This document shows, piece by piece, positions 1 through 9,444 of a stretch of DNA of 64,000 nt (its first letter is position 1; every line of letters begins with the position of its first letter). This DNA comes from Eubacteriales bacterium (GTDB taxonomy: Bacteria; Bacillota; Clostridia; Oscillospirales; CAG-272): NCBI GenBank assembly GCA_048526005.1, contig DBFVEH010000021.1:581647-645646 (forward strand), in the 5' to 3' direction. Below the pieces are notes generated by a model. The model ran no database searches. It saw only the letters and a list, made by a program, of their open reading frames with translations, and had not been told where the DNA came from. The translations under genes and the position numbers were made by a program.

Positions 1-255
1 GAGATCCCCGCCGAAAACGGAGATATTCCAGCATCCCTCGGACAGCACGGGCATCGCCGCCGCGGCGATCGCATCGTTCTCCAAAACGACGTGATACGCC
101 GTATCTCCATTCTGAAAGACGGCTGTTTTGACAATTCCCTCCCATTCCGGCGTAAAGGTAAATTCACAGCCGAGGAAATTGCGGCTTCCGGCGACGACAT
201 ACGCATGGTCCGTCCTCGTGATATGCTGTCTGTTCACATGAAATTTGATGTTCAT
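1..255 (-). CDS. Hypothetical protein, truncated by the window edge (possibly prophage structural context)
   Basis: Minus-strand ATG at 253-255 preceded by AGGAGG (complement of 260-265). The frame stays open to position 1 (MNIKFHVNRQHITRTDHAYVVAGSRNFLGCEFTFTPEWEG...). It is absent from the ORF track because no stop lies inside the window. Confidence 0.4.
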   Translation of the reverse strand, partial: MNIKFHVNRQHITRTDHAYVVAGSRNFLGCEFTFTPEWEGIVKTAVFQNGDTAYHVVLENDAIAAAAMPVLSEGCWNISVFGGDL

Positions 256-408
256 AAAGCCTCCTTTGCCGCGGAAATAAAATCGAGCATATGCAATCGC
301 ACGTTCGATCATTTCCGCCGCTTATTCATTTAATTGTTTGAAACATATGTTTCTGATTTATTATAGACTTTTGACAAAGTGAAATACAATGAAAAAAAGT
401 GAAACACT

Positions 409-789
409 TCATCCCGAAGTATATATTTTTTCAAAATCGAGCAGCGCCATATCATGTATGTAATGGGCGTTGCGCTCGCTCATACCGCCGCAGCTATCCG
501 CGATTCTCGCCCAAGTATCGCACAGGATATATCTTCTGCGGAGAACGGCGCGTGCTACCGGATCCTCCATTTTATCGATCATCCTTGTCGCATCCAGCTT
601 TTTCTTCGTCAAAGACTGAATCAGAAGCTCCAGTTCCTGTTCTCTCGCCGATATGTCCTCCGAATCGGAGTTCTCCGCCAAGCCATCGGCACGCCAATAC
701 GCCAGCTCCGCTGTTTTCTCTCCGATCTCGGTGGCGTATTTCAGCAAATCCTCGAGAAACCGTTTCCCTTTCAACTGCTCCTTGTTCAT
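409..789 (-). CDS. Sigma-70 region-4-like / DUF1492-like phage-type transcriptional regulator
   Basis: ORF track 409..870. The likely true start is ATG 787-789 (MNKEQLKGKRF) behind GGAAGGAG. The C-terminal RRRYILCDTWARIADSCGGMSERNAHYIHDMALLDFEKI looks like a sigma-factor-type HTH (recalled similarity). Confidence 0.5.
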   Translation of the reverse strand: MNKEQLKGKRFLEDLLKYATEIGEKTAELAYWRADGLAENSDSEDISAREQELELLIQSLTKKKLDATRMIDKMEDPVARAVLRRRYILCDTWARIADSCGGMSERNAHYIHDMALLDFEKIYTSG

Positions 790-955
790 CTTGATTCTCC
801 TTCCTTTTACCCATGATTCCATTGGTTCTTTGGTTTTTTGTTTAGAACATCTGTTTACAAATTTTAACATGTCAAAACTGTTTTGTCAATACATAAACGG
901 AAAATTATTACATTTTTCCCATTCCGTTTTTCAGATAAACAAAAAACAGGATAAA

Positions 956-986
956 CAAAAAACGCCGCGCATAGCGCGGCGTTTTT
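956..986. terminator. Bidirectional rho-independent terminator hairpin
   Basis: The sequence aaaaacgccgcgc-ata-gcgcggcgttttt forms a 9-bp GC stem flanked by an A-run and a T-run, lying between two minus-strand genes. Confidence 0.6.
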
Positions 987-1010
987 GTTTATCTTATCGG
1001 ATGCCGTCCG

Positions 1011-1859
1011 TCATGCGGCAGCTTCCTTTTTGGATACAAAATACACGGCAAAGAATCCGGCAAGCACCGTAAGGATACAAACCGGGATATTCCAACCCGT
1101 CGGCACACCCGGGAACAGCTCCGGCAAGGAGCCGAGAATAAATCCGAAAATAAGAAGATAAGTTCCCATCGGATGACGCTTCATCGCCTTTTCCAAAATG
1201 CTGGTAGTCAGAAAAATACCGGCCACCGTTCCAAGCACAAGCGGGATAAAGGATAAAAGCTTTACAATATCGAAGCTGCTGACCGCCGTGGTGATCGGTT
1301 CATAAAGGCCGAGCACAAGCAGGATCTGCGAAACGCTGATCCCCGGCAGAACCAGCGCCACCGCGACGACAAGGCCGCCCGCAAGCTGAATAAGGATCCC
1401 AAGCAGCACGGAAAGAAAGCCTTCTCCGCCGATTTCAAATATCCCGTTCGGAATCATGGCGATGAGCAGCGCCGCCGCGATTCCGATGATGGGATAAAGA
1501 AAAACGGAAACCGAAACGCGCTTCACGCCGGCGGAACGAAAGATCAGCGGCGCGCCTCCGGCAACGGCGCCAAGGAAAAAGTAGCGCGTCGGCACTGCGC
1601 ACAGTTCATTTTCCAGCAGAAAGGTGATGAGCTTTGCAAACAGGAAAAGTCCCACAACGGCGCCTAACAGAAATTTGATAAGAAACAGAAGGCTTTCGCG
1701 GCGCCGCTGTTTATCCTTGAAGATTCCGTTTACGGAAGCGATCAGTCTGTCATAAAGACCGAGAATCATCGCCATCGATCCGCCGGAAACGCCGGGCACC
1801 GTCATAGTGCCGCCGATCCACGCGCCTCCGGCGATCGTATATAAGGTGTCTTTTTTCAT
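1011..1859 (-). CDS. DUF368-family polytopic membrane protein (polyprenyl-phosphate transporter family)
   Basis: VPGVSGGSMAMILGLYDRLI motif and many TM segments. The start is moved to ATG 1857-1859 (MKKDTLY), which has an AAAGGAA SD; the track start at 1880 has none. Confidence 0.75.
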   Translation of the reverse strand: MKKDTLYTIAGGAWIGGTMTVPGVSGGSMAMILGLYDRLIASVNGIFKDKQRRRESLLFLIKFLLGAVVGLFLFAKLITFLLENELCAVPTRYFFLGAVAGGAPLIFRSAGVKRVSVSVFLYPIIGIAAALLIAMIPNGIFEIGGEGFLSVLLGILIQLAGGLVVAVALVLPGISVSQILLVLGLYEPITTAVSSFDIVKLLSFIPLVLGTVAGIFLTTSILEKAMKRHPMGTYLLIFGFILGSLPELFPGVPTGWNIPVCILTVLAGFFAVYFVSKKEAAA

Positions 1860-1989
1860 AAATTCATTCCTTTGATTCATGTAATTATCATGATTCTATT
1901 ATAATGATAAGTTTTCAAAAAAATTACGAATTTTGCGGAAAAACAAAAGCTTCCTCGTCAATTTTTCAGAGCAGAGGAAGCTTTGAGAG

Positions 1990-2484
1990 TCATTCACGTG
2001 TGCAAAGAGAAACCGCGCAGCCGGCGATAAAGACGGCGGCGGACACAAAAAGCAGAGGCAGCGCCCACGCCGTCAGGTCGTGTACATAGGACGCGCTCAT
2101 CACATAGTTGATCGATTCCTCGGTCGCAGCCTGAGAATCGGCAATCCGCAGAGACTCCAAATGAGACGCGACCTTGGAAAGATACGGCATCAGCACACCG
2201 AAGAATATCATCCCATATACCGGAAGAGCGCCTGTTTTCGCACCGGCCTTCATCCGAGAAATGAGAATCAGGGAAAAAGCCAGCATCAGCACAAGGCAAA
2301 CCGCAGCAAAAATCACATCGTCATAGGGAAAATAAAACGTAGTCTGCACACCAAGCGGCGCGTTTTGCACAGAGGATTTCAGCCATTTCTGAAAGCATGT
2401 CATCAGCGCCAAAATAAGAAGATATACGCCGTTTACAATCAGAGCCGCAGTCAGCAGCTTAACCGAAGCTTTTTTCTTATTCAT
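1990..2484 (-). CDS. Hypothetical integral membrane protein
   Basis: 164-aa ORF with 4-5 hydrophobic segments, packed 2 nt downstream of glyQS on the same strand. Confidence 0.5.
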   Translation of the reverse strand: MNKKKASVKLLTAALIVNGVYLLILALMTCFQKWLKSSVQNAPLGVQTTFYFPYDDVIFAAVCLVLMLAFSLILISRMKAGAKTGALPVYGMIFFGVLMPYLSKVASHLESLRIADSQAATEESINYVMSASYVHDLTAWALPLLFVSAAVFIAGCAVSLCTRE

Positions 2485-2486
2485 CG

Positions 2487-3878
2487 TTAAAACTCCATTT
2501 TGTTTTCGATATAGGAGACAAGCTCCTCGGTGCGGATTCTCTCCTGCTCCATCGTGTCGCGGTCGCGGACTGTCACACAGCCGTCGTTTTCGGAGTCGAA
2601 ATCATAGGTGATGCAGAACGGCGTGCCGATCTCGTCCTCGCGGCGATAGCGCTTGCCGATGGAGCCGGACTCATCGAAATCCACCGTGAAATGCTTGGAA
2701 AGCGTATCGTGAATCGCCCATGCCTTTTCACTGAGCTTCTTGGAAAGCGGAAGCACCGCCGCCTTGACCGGCGCCAGCGCCGGATGCAGATGCAGCACGG
2801 TGCGCACATCGCCTTCCCCGATCGTTTCCTCGTCATAAGCGTCCACAAGGAACGCAAGCGCGACGCGGTCTGCGCCGAGAGACGGCTCGATGACATACGG
2901 AATGTATTTCTCGCCTGTCACATCGTCGAAATATTCCATCGATTCGCCGCTGTGATTCTGATGCTGCGTCAGGTCGTAATCCGTGCGGTCGGCGATGCCC
3001 CAAAGCTCGCCCCAGCCGAACGGGAACAGATACTCAAAGTCCGTCGTTGCCTTGGAATAGAAGCAAAGCTCCTCGGGACTGTGATCGCGGAGTCTCAAAC
3101 AGTCGCGGTTCATGCCGAGCGAATAAAGAAACTCGGCGCAATAGTTTTTCCAGTATGCGAACCAGTCGAGATCGGTACCGGGACGGCAGAAAAATTCAAG
3201 CTCCATCTGCTCAAACTCGCGGATGCGGAAGATAAAGTTGCCGGGCGTGATCTCATTGCGGAACGATTTGCCGATCTGCGCGATGCCGAACGGCATCTTG
3301 CGTCTGGTCGTCCTCGCCACATTCTTGAAGTTCACGAAAATGCCCTGCGCCGTTTCGGGACGCAGATACAGCTCGCTTGTGGAATCCTCCGTCACGCCCT
3401 GAAACGTCTTGAACATCAGATTGAACTGGCGGATATCCGTAAAATCATGGCTGCCGCAGTTCGGACAGGCGATCTCATGCTCCTTGATATAGGAGGTGAG
3501 CTGTTCATTCGTCCAGCCGCCGGGATTGTCGGAAAGCCCATGCTCCGCGGCATAATCCTCGATGAGTTTGTCGGCGCGGTGGCGCGTCTTGCACGCCTTG
3601 CAGTCCATGAGCGGGTCGGCAAAGCCTTTGAGATGACCGGAGGCCACCCATGTCTCCTTGTTCATCAGAATCGCGCAGTCGAGCCCGACGTTATACTTGG
3701 ACTCCTGAACGAACTTTTTCCACCATGCTTTTTTGATATTGTTTTTATATTCCACGCCGAGCGGACCGTAATCCCAGCTGTTAGCAAGGCCGCCGTATAT
3801 TTCCGAGCCCGGATAGACAAAGCCGCGGTTCTTGCAGAGCGCGACGATTTTTTCCATGGTCTTTTTTGAATTGTCCAT
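2487..3878 (-). CDS. glyQS: Glycine--tRNA ligase (homodimeric class II type)
   Basis: 463 aa. The N-terminus [34 protein letters not shown] and the rest match the GlyQS family end to end. Confidence 0.97.
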   Translation of the reverse strand: MDNSKKTMEKIVALCKNRGFVYPGSEIYGGLANSWDYGPLGVEYKNNIKKAWWKKFVQESKYNVGLDCAILMNKETWVASGHLKGFADPLMDCKACKTRHRADKLIEDYAAEHGLSDNPGGWTNEQLTSYIKEHEIACPNCGSHDFTDIRQFNLMFKTFQGVTEDSTSELYLRPETAQGIFVNFKNVARTTRRKMPFGIAQIGKSFRNEITPGNFIFRIREFEQMELEFFCRPGTDLDWFAYWKNYCAEFLYSLGMNRDCLRLRDHSPEELCFYSKATTDFEYLFPFGWGELWGIADRTDYDLTQHQNHSGESMEYFDDVTGEKYIPYVIEPSLGADRVALAFLVDAYDEETIGEGDVRTVLHLHPALAPVKAAVLPLSKKLSEKAWAIHDTLSKHFTVDFDESGSIGKRYRREDEIGTPFCITYDFDSENDGCVTVRDRDTMEQERIRTEELVSYIENKMEF

Positions 3879-3896
3879 ATGCTGTTCCTCTTTATC

Positions 3897-4328
3897 TTAC
3901 GAATTTTTTCTGTTCCGATCCATATATCCCTGCAAGATCAGCTCCGCCGCAAGCGAATCGACGACCTCACGGCGGTTTTTCGCCCGCACGCCGCTTTCTG
4001 CAAGGATTTTATGCGCGGACATGGTGGTCAGCCGTTCGTCATAAAAATCGATCGGGATATCCGAAAGCTCGGAAATGAGCCGCGCAAGCTCCGTGACCTT
4101 CTCCACTTTTTCCCCGCAGGTGCCGTTCATATTGACCGGCTTGCCGATGACGATCCGCTCCGTTCCCTCTTTTTCTGCGACCCGGACGATTTCCGCCGCG
4201 GTTTTCTCCATATGATAGCTCTTGATATTCCCTATACCGACGGCGTAAAGCCCGAGCGCGTCGGAGCGCGCAAGTCCCGTGCGCGCCTCGCCGTAATCGA
4301 CGCCGAGCAGCTTTATCACCTTATCCAT
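3897..4328 (-). CDS. ruvX: Holliday junction resolvase-like RuvX/YqgF
   Basis: 143 aa with LLGVDYGEARTGLARSD at the N-terminus, typical of the YqgF family. Confidence 0.9.
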   Translation of the reverse strand: MDKVIKLLGVDYGEARTGLARSDALGLYAVGIGNIKSYHMEKTAAEIVRVAEKEGTERIVIGKPVNMNGTCGEKVEKVTELARLISELSDIPIDFYDERLTTMSAHKILAESGVRAKNRREVVDSLAAELILQGYMDRNRKNS

Positions 4329-4336
4329 CGCGCGCT

Positions 4337-5464
4337 TTATCCTTTATAGAGGTCGATGCCGTTTTCCACGGCATAGGCCTCAAGCTCCGCCTTGGCCGGA
4401 ATCTTTTCCAAATTGCCGAATTTCGAGCGCGTCATAAGGCTCACGATCAGCGCAAACCGGCAGGCGCGGACGATGTTTTTGCTCTCCAAATATTCCGCGG
4501 CGAGCGCTCCCGTAAACGTAGGATTCATCTTTTTTCCCGCGCTTCTGTCCACCGATTTCAGCTGGACGGGCGCCGTCACCGTCTCATAATACTTGCCGTC
4601 ATAGATGAAAGCGGTATCGTCTCCCTGCTGCACGACATAATATTTCGATTTGATCTTTTGGGAAAGCGCGACGAGCGAACGCAGCGCCTTATCCGTCGTA
4701 TTCGGGAAAAAGCCCGTCAGCGAATAAAGCATATCGTCGGAAATCACAAGGATCTTGAGATTTTTTATCTTTTCGAGCGGAAATTTCGCGGTAAACGGCG
4801 TATACCGCATGACAAGATCGATCTCGCGCTCCTCCGCCCTCTGCACCGCGTAATAAGCAAGGCTCTCCTCATAGCGGTAGGGCGCCACACGCGGCATTTC
4901 CGGCATGTCGGACAGCTCCGCGCCCTCTTTTTTCTCAGCTTTATTACCGGAGTCCGACTTATCTTCCTTTTCAGAGGATGGCTTTTCATCGTTCTCGATC
5001 GGAGCACTCATCTCCATCATCGCGACGTGTTCCTGCGTCCCCAGCTCCTCCGGCGGGACGAGAAACATATCCGGCATCGTGATGAAAGCGTCGTCGATCT
5101 CCTCTTTTGTAAAACGTGCCGATGCGCCCTTCGAGAGATACGTCTCATGGGTCTCAAAATCGCTGAAAAGCGTGACGCTCATGCCGGTCTGCGCGGACTT
5201 GTCCTTTTTCATCAGGTCATTGCGGATGCCGCAGCCCTTATAATATTCATAGAGGCGCTTTCCGTTGGTATCGTCGCCGAATTTGGTGCCGAAAACGCAT
5301 TCCCCGCCGAGCTTCGCCACGGTGATCGCCGTGATGGCGGCCTCTCCAAAGGGGTGAAAACGGTATTCGCTTCCGGCGGTCGTTTCGTTATCCCTTGTTC
5401 TGGGATCAATCTTCATCTGCAAATTCATGTAGCTTCCGCCTATAATCAGAATCTTTCGTTTCAT
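4337..5464 (-). CDS. PfkB (ribokinase-like) family protein, probably catalytically degenerate
   Basis: PfkB N-terminal pattern (ILIIGGSYMNLQ, GEAAITAITVAKLGGECVFGTKFGDDTNG). The C-terminal DTxGAGD motif is replaced by VDRSAGKKMNPTFTGAL, and there is an acidic/Lys-rich insert (ENDEKPSSEKEDKSDSGNKAEKKEG). Confidence 0.7.
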   Translation of the reverse strand: MKRKILIIGGSYMNLQMKIDPRTRDNETTAGSEYRFHPFGEAAITAITVAKLGGECVFGTKFGDDTNGKRLYEYYKGCGIRNDLMKKDKSAQTGMSVTLFSDFETHETYLSKGASARFTKEEIDDAFITMPDMFLVPPEELGTQEHVAMMEMSAPIENDEKPSSEKEDKSDSGNKAEKKEGAELSDMPEMPRVAPYRYEESLAYYAVQRAEEREIDLVMRYTPFTAKFPLEKIKNLKILVISDDMLYSLTGFFPNTTDKALRSLVALSQKIKSKYYVVQQGDDTAFIYDGKYYETVTAPVQLKSVDRSAGKKMNPTFTGALAAEYLESKNIVRACRFALIVSLMTRSKFGNLEKIPAKAELEAYAVENGIDLYKG

Positions 5465-5630
5465 GGCAACACGCCCCTTGTTACAAATTTATCATGGTTT
5501 CATTATACAACAAAAAAACGGATTTGTAAATAAGAAATACGGATTTGTCTCACCGACGCCGAAATTCCGAAATTTCGGACGTTTTTTCCCTGAAAAAAGG
5601 CAACCGAGGCCGAAACCGACGCCGTGCGCA

Positions 5631-6239
5631 TCATAAAAATCTGATCTGTCGATATCCCCTTGACATGAGATAGTCGCGGATGTTGACGCGCAGCAGCTCC
5701 CCATCCTTTTTTGAGATATTCGCGCGGCGGGGATATTCCCAGTTATCCTGCATGAGCACCTCAATGACGCCCTCACCGGACTCCTGATCCTCTCCGTCCG
5801 TTTCGACAAAAAAGGAAACACCATGCTCGCCGAGCCTGCAATAGAGCACATCATCCTGTAACAGAACTTCCCCATCTTTCAGCTTCCGATAGATGGCTTT
5901 GTCCCTGCGGCGTCCCTCCTTCATTTCCTCACGGAAGGCGCGGATATAGTCCCACAAGCTCATTTCCACCGAAAGCTCTCCGTTCGGAAAAGGCTCGGGC
6001 GGGCAGTTATCGTTGCCGCGCTTCGGCAGCCTCCCGCCGAATACCGTCCGTCTCAAAAGAGCAAGCGCCATATTTTTTACGGGTTTTCCCGTCATTCCGG
6101 CAAGATAAGGCTCGCCCATGCCGTCAAAATAACAGCGCCCGACGGAAAAATCCGCGACGCAGGCGAGGTGACAGCTCTCATGATAGGTATGCTGCCTGCG
6201 CAAAATCGCAGGAATCTCCTCTGCTACCCGATCCGCCAA
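5631..6239 (-). CDS. Hypothetical protein
   Basis: 202-aa ORF with coding-like composition and no recognisable motif. Confidence 0.45.
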   Translation of the reverse strand: MADRVAEEIPAILRRQHTYHESCHLACVADFSVGRCYFDGMGEPYLAGMTGKPVKNMALALLRRTVFGGRLPKRGNDNCPPEPFPNGELSVEMSLWDYIRAFREEMKEGRRRDKAIYRKLKDGEVLLQDDVLYCRLGEHGVSFFVETDGEDQESGEGVIEVLMQDNWEYPRRANISKKDGELLRVNIRDYLMSRGYRQIRFL

Positions 6240-6625
6240 TATGATGACAACCCCTGCCGCCGCGACGGGCGCTTTTCTTTGCCGTTTGTCAAAAGGCTTT
6301 CTTCCCCGCGGCGGCGGATCCGACGCAGAAGCTTCCGCTCCGCGCTTTGACGGTCGAGTCCATCCCGGTCAAATTCCATCCACAATCGGTCTTTTTTCCA
6401 TAATCGAATCGTAGACAGTGTGATATCCGTGGTGATGAAAAAAGGAAAATTCCGAATCAAATAGAAAACAGAAAAGATTCCCAAAAGAATCCAAATTACG
6501 ACGAAAATACCATCATAACCGCCGGAAAAAAGAGGGCCGAAAAACGGGAAAACAAACAACATCAGCGCCGGCGAATAGATGAGAAAGGCACAAAGCCAAG
6601 TATGTTTCAGCTTCGGGAATTTCAT
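6224..6625 (-). CDS. Hypothetical membrane protein
   Basis: 133-aa ORF with three hydrophobic segments at the N-terminus. It overlaps the downstream ORF by 16 nt. Confidence 0.4.
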   Translation of the reverse strand: MKFPKLKHTWLCAFLIYSPALMLFVFPFFGPLFSGGYDGIFVVIWILLGIFSVFYLIRNFPFFITTDITLSTIRLWKKDRLWMEFDRDGLDRQSAERKLLRRIRRRGEESLLTNGKEKRPSRRQGLSSYWRIG

Positions 6626-6642
6626 CGCGGCAGCCTCTTATT

Positions 6643-7077
6643 TCACTTTCCCGTGCTGCCGAATCCGCCCGCGCCGCGTTCGGTATCGTCGAGCGCGTCC
6701 GCAGGCTCAAACTCTACGGCGAGATACGGCATGACGACAAGCTGCGCGATCCGCTCCCCGGGCACGACCGTGCGCGGCACGGAGGAATCGTTGTGCAGCA
6801 CCACCATATATTCGCCGCGGTAATCGGAATCCGCCACGCCGACACAGTTGGCGGGACGCAGTCCCTCCTTCGCCGCAAGACCGCTGCGGGCGAAGATCGC
6901 GCCGAAATATCCGTCCGGCACGGCGATGGCAAGTCCCGTCCCGATCTTTGCGGAGCCGCCGGGCGCGATGACAACGTCGCCGTCAAGACAGGCGTAAAGA
7001 TCATAACCCGCCGCCGCCGCAGAGCCGCGCGTCGGAAACACGGCGTTTTCCCTTAATTTTTTGACCGGAAGCTTCAT
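6643..7077 (-). CDS. dut: dUTP diphosphatase
   Basis: 144 aa with AAGYDLYA, GIFARSGLA, VGVADSDYRGE and C-terminal RGAGGFGSTG motifs of trimeric dUTPases. Confidence 0.95.
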   Translation of the reverse strand: MKLPVKKLRENAVFPTRGSAAAAGYDLYACLDGDVVIAPGGSAKIGTGLAIAVPDGYFGAIFARSGLAAKEGLRPANCVGVADSDYRGEYMVVLHNDSSVPRTVVPGERIAQLVVMPYLAVEFEPADALDDTERGAGGFGSTGK

Positions 7078-7155
7078 ATGAAAATCTCCTCTCTATGCTT
7101 TTATGCGGCCAAGGCCGAATCGAAATCCGCAAAATCGCTTGAACCGGTTTGCCTT

Positions 7156-8748
7156 TCAGTTCCTGCTGAATTCCGAGAGCACAAGCCCCGGATTTTTTTC
7201 GAGCGCCCAGCGGATGTTCCATTCGCTCGTGAAAATGAGCAGGTTTTTCCCGCGGAAATCCTGCACCCACTTGGTATCGGAGGTGATATTGAGAGAGGCG
7301 GGAGAAAGTCCCTCGTTTTCGATCCAGCGGATATGCTGATAGGAAAGATTGGAACGGCGCACGTCTACGCCGTATTCGTTTTTCAGCCGGTATTCGAGCA
7401 CCTCGAATTGCAGAACGCCGACCACACCGACGATGACACGCTCCATGCCGCCGCCCGGCTCAAAGAAAATCTGGATCGCGCCCTCTTGGGCGATCTGATT
7501 CATGCCCTTGACGAACTGCTTGCGCTTCATCGTGTCCACCTGCTCGACCGTCGCGAAATGCTCCGGCGCGAACGTTGGGATCCCCTCGTAGGCGATCTTC
7601 ATTTTTGGCGCGCATACCGTGTCCCCGATCGAAAAGATGCCCGGATCGAACACGCCGATGATGTCGCCGGCATAAGCCTCGTCCACGATCTCGCGCTCCT
7701 GCGCCATGAGCTGCTGCGGCTGGGAAAGCTTGATGTTCTTTCCCTCCTGCACGTGATAATATTCCGCGCCGCGCTCGAATTTGCCCGAACAGATGCGCAT
7801 AAAGGCGAGCCTGTCGCGGTGCGCCTTGTTCATGTTCGCCTGAATTTTGAATACAAACGCCGAAAAGGAGCCGCATAACGGATCGACGACCGAGTCGCCG
7901 GCACGCCGCGGCAAAGGCGGTGTCGTCATTCTGAGAAAGCTTTCAAGGAAAGGCTCCACGCCGAAATTCGTCAGCGCCGAACCGAAAAACACGGGACTGA
8001 GCTTCCCCGCCCGCACCTTTTCGAGATCAAAATCGAAGCTTGCCGCGTCAAGCAGCTCCACCTGCTCGCAAAGCTCGCGCCGGCGCTCCTCTCCGATGAT
8101 GTCGTCGAGCTTCGCCGTATCGGTGATGTCACACTCGATCGATTCGAGCTTCGTCTGACCGCGGTTCTTCGCATTGAACACGAGAATCCGGCGCCTTTCC
8201 CGGTCGAAAACGCCGCGGAACGACTGCCCGCAGCCGATCGGCCAGTTCATCGGATAGGTCCCGATGCCGAATTCCTTTTCCAGCTCGTCGACAAGGTCGA
8301 ACGGATCGCGCGCCTCGCGGTCGAGCTTGTTGATAAACGTGAAAATCGGAATGCCGCGCATCGCACAGACCTTGAAAAGCTTGCGCGTCTGCGGCTCGAT
8401 GCCCTTTGCCGCATCGATAACCATGACGGCGCTGTCAGCCGCCATCAGCGTGCGGTAGGTGTCCTCCGAGAAATCCTGATGTCCCGGCGTGTCGAGGATG
8501 TTGATGCAGTAGCCCTCATACTGAAACTGCATGACGGAGGAGGTGATCGAAATTCCTCTCTGCTTTTCAAGCTCCATCCAGTCGGAAACGGCGTGTCTGT
8601 CCGCAGCCTTGCCCTTGACGGCGCCCGCCTGCAAAATCGCGCCGCCGTAAAGGAGCAGCTTCTCCGTCAGCGTCGTCTTGCCGGCGTCCGGGTGCGAGAT
8701 GATCGCAAAGGTGCGGCGTCTCTCGATCTCTTTTTCAAAATTTTCCAA
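7156..8748 (-). CDS. prfC: Peptide chain release factor 3
   Basis: 530 aa with RRTFAIISHPDAGKTTLTEKLL, a DTPGHQDF GTPase core and RF3-type domains. Confidence 0.95.
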   Translation of the reverse strand: MENFEKEIERRRTFAIISHPDAGKTTLTEKLLLYGGAILQAGAVKGKAADRHAVSDWMELEKQRGISITSSVMQFQYEGYCINILDTPGHQDFSEDTYRTLMAADSAVMVIDAAKGIEPQTRKLFKVCAMRGIPIFTFINKLDREARDPFDLVDELEKEFGIGTYPMNWPIGCGQSFRGVFDRERRRILVFNAKNRGQTKLESIECDITDTAKLDDIIGEERRRELCEQVELLDAASFDFDLEKVRAGKLSPVFFGSALTNFGVEPFLESFLRMTTPPLPRRAGDSVVDPLCGSFSAFVFKIQANMNKAHRDRLAFMRICSGKFERGAEYYHVQEGKNIKLSQPQQLMAQEREIVDEAYAGDIIGVFDPGIFSIGDTVCAPKMKIAYEGIPTFAPEHFATVEQVDTMKRKQFVKGMNQIAQEGAIQIFFEPGGGMERVIVGVVGVLQFEVLEYRLKNEYGVDVRRSNLSYQHIRWIENEGLSPASLNITSDTKWVQDFRGKNLLIFTSEWNIRWALEKNPGLVLSEFSRN

Positions 8749-8775
8749 GTGCTCTCTTCCCCTTTATAATCGGTT

Positions 8776-9420
8776 TTATCCAAGATCTTCTTTCAAATAT
8801 CGCAGGAAATCCGCCGGCGTCCGGCAGATGACGTCCGCTCCCGCAGCGACCGTCGCCTCCGCGTCGGTCGAGGGCGCCCACAGCGCCGAAGCGGTCAAAA
8901 GCCCCGCCTCGCGGGAATAGGTCACGTCGCTCGGCGCGTCGCCGATATAGATCGCCTCGTCGGGACGGATGCCGAACTTGTCGATGACAAGGCTTATCGC
9001 CTCTTTTTTGCGCGAGCCGACGGGCGAGCCGTATTCTACGGCGTCGAAGGCCGCCTCCATACCGAACTGGCGGAGCGTCACATCGCAGCTCGTCTTGTTT
9101 TTTCCTGTGACAAGCGCAGTTCTCACATTTTTCTCCGCCAAAAAATCAAATATTTCACGGATCCCGTCGAACGGTGCGGCACACATCTCCGGCAGATAGC
9201 GTTCATACAGCACATCATAGGAGGCAGCCGCCCTATCATATCGGTCTCCAAGCATATTCACGATGATGCCCTTTTCGTTCGGACCGAGCGCCTCCATAAA
9301 ATCCTCGTCGGAGACCGCATGTCCGACGATCGGCTCCACCGCCTCGTGAAGCGCGCGGATCATCAGCGGAAACGAATCGCAGAGCGTCCCGTCCATATCA
9401 AAAATCACTGCTTTCAGCAT
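8776..9420 (-). CDS. HAD-superfamily hydrolase (phosphoglycolate phosphatase-like)
   Basis: 214 aa with the N-terminal DMDGTL nucleophile motif, VTGK and YIGDAPSD motifs. Confidence 0.8.
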   Translation of the reverse strand: MLKAVIFDMDGTLCDSFPLMIRALHEAVEPIVGHAVSDEDFMEALGPNEKGIIVNMLGDRYDRAAASYDVLYERYLPEMCAAPFDGIREIFDFLAEKNVRTALVTGKNKTSCDVTLRQFGMEAAFDAVEYGSPVGSRKKEAISLVIDKFGIRPDEAIYIGDAPSDVTYSREAGLLTASALWAPSTDAEATVAAGADVICRTPADFLRYLKEDLG

Positions 9421-9444
9421 ATCATAAAATTCCTTCCCGATACA

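Noticed and set aside
2691-3869. Long ORFs antisense to well-supported genes. They include 2691..3869, 9319..10866, 11093..12604, 14684..15862, 17021..17791, 20902..21939, 22117..23124, 23152..24060, 24187..25353, 48362..49288, 53501..54703, 59083..60318, 61552..62415 and 62739..63518.
   Set aside because: These are typical shadow ORFs of high-GC DNA. Their translations are Arg/Ala/Gly/His-rich and low-complexity. They lack SD sequences. The opposite strand encodes full-length proteins of recognisable families.
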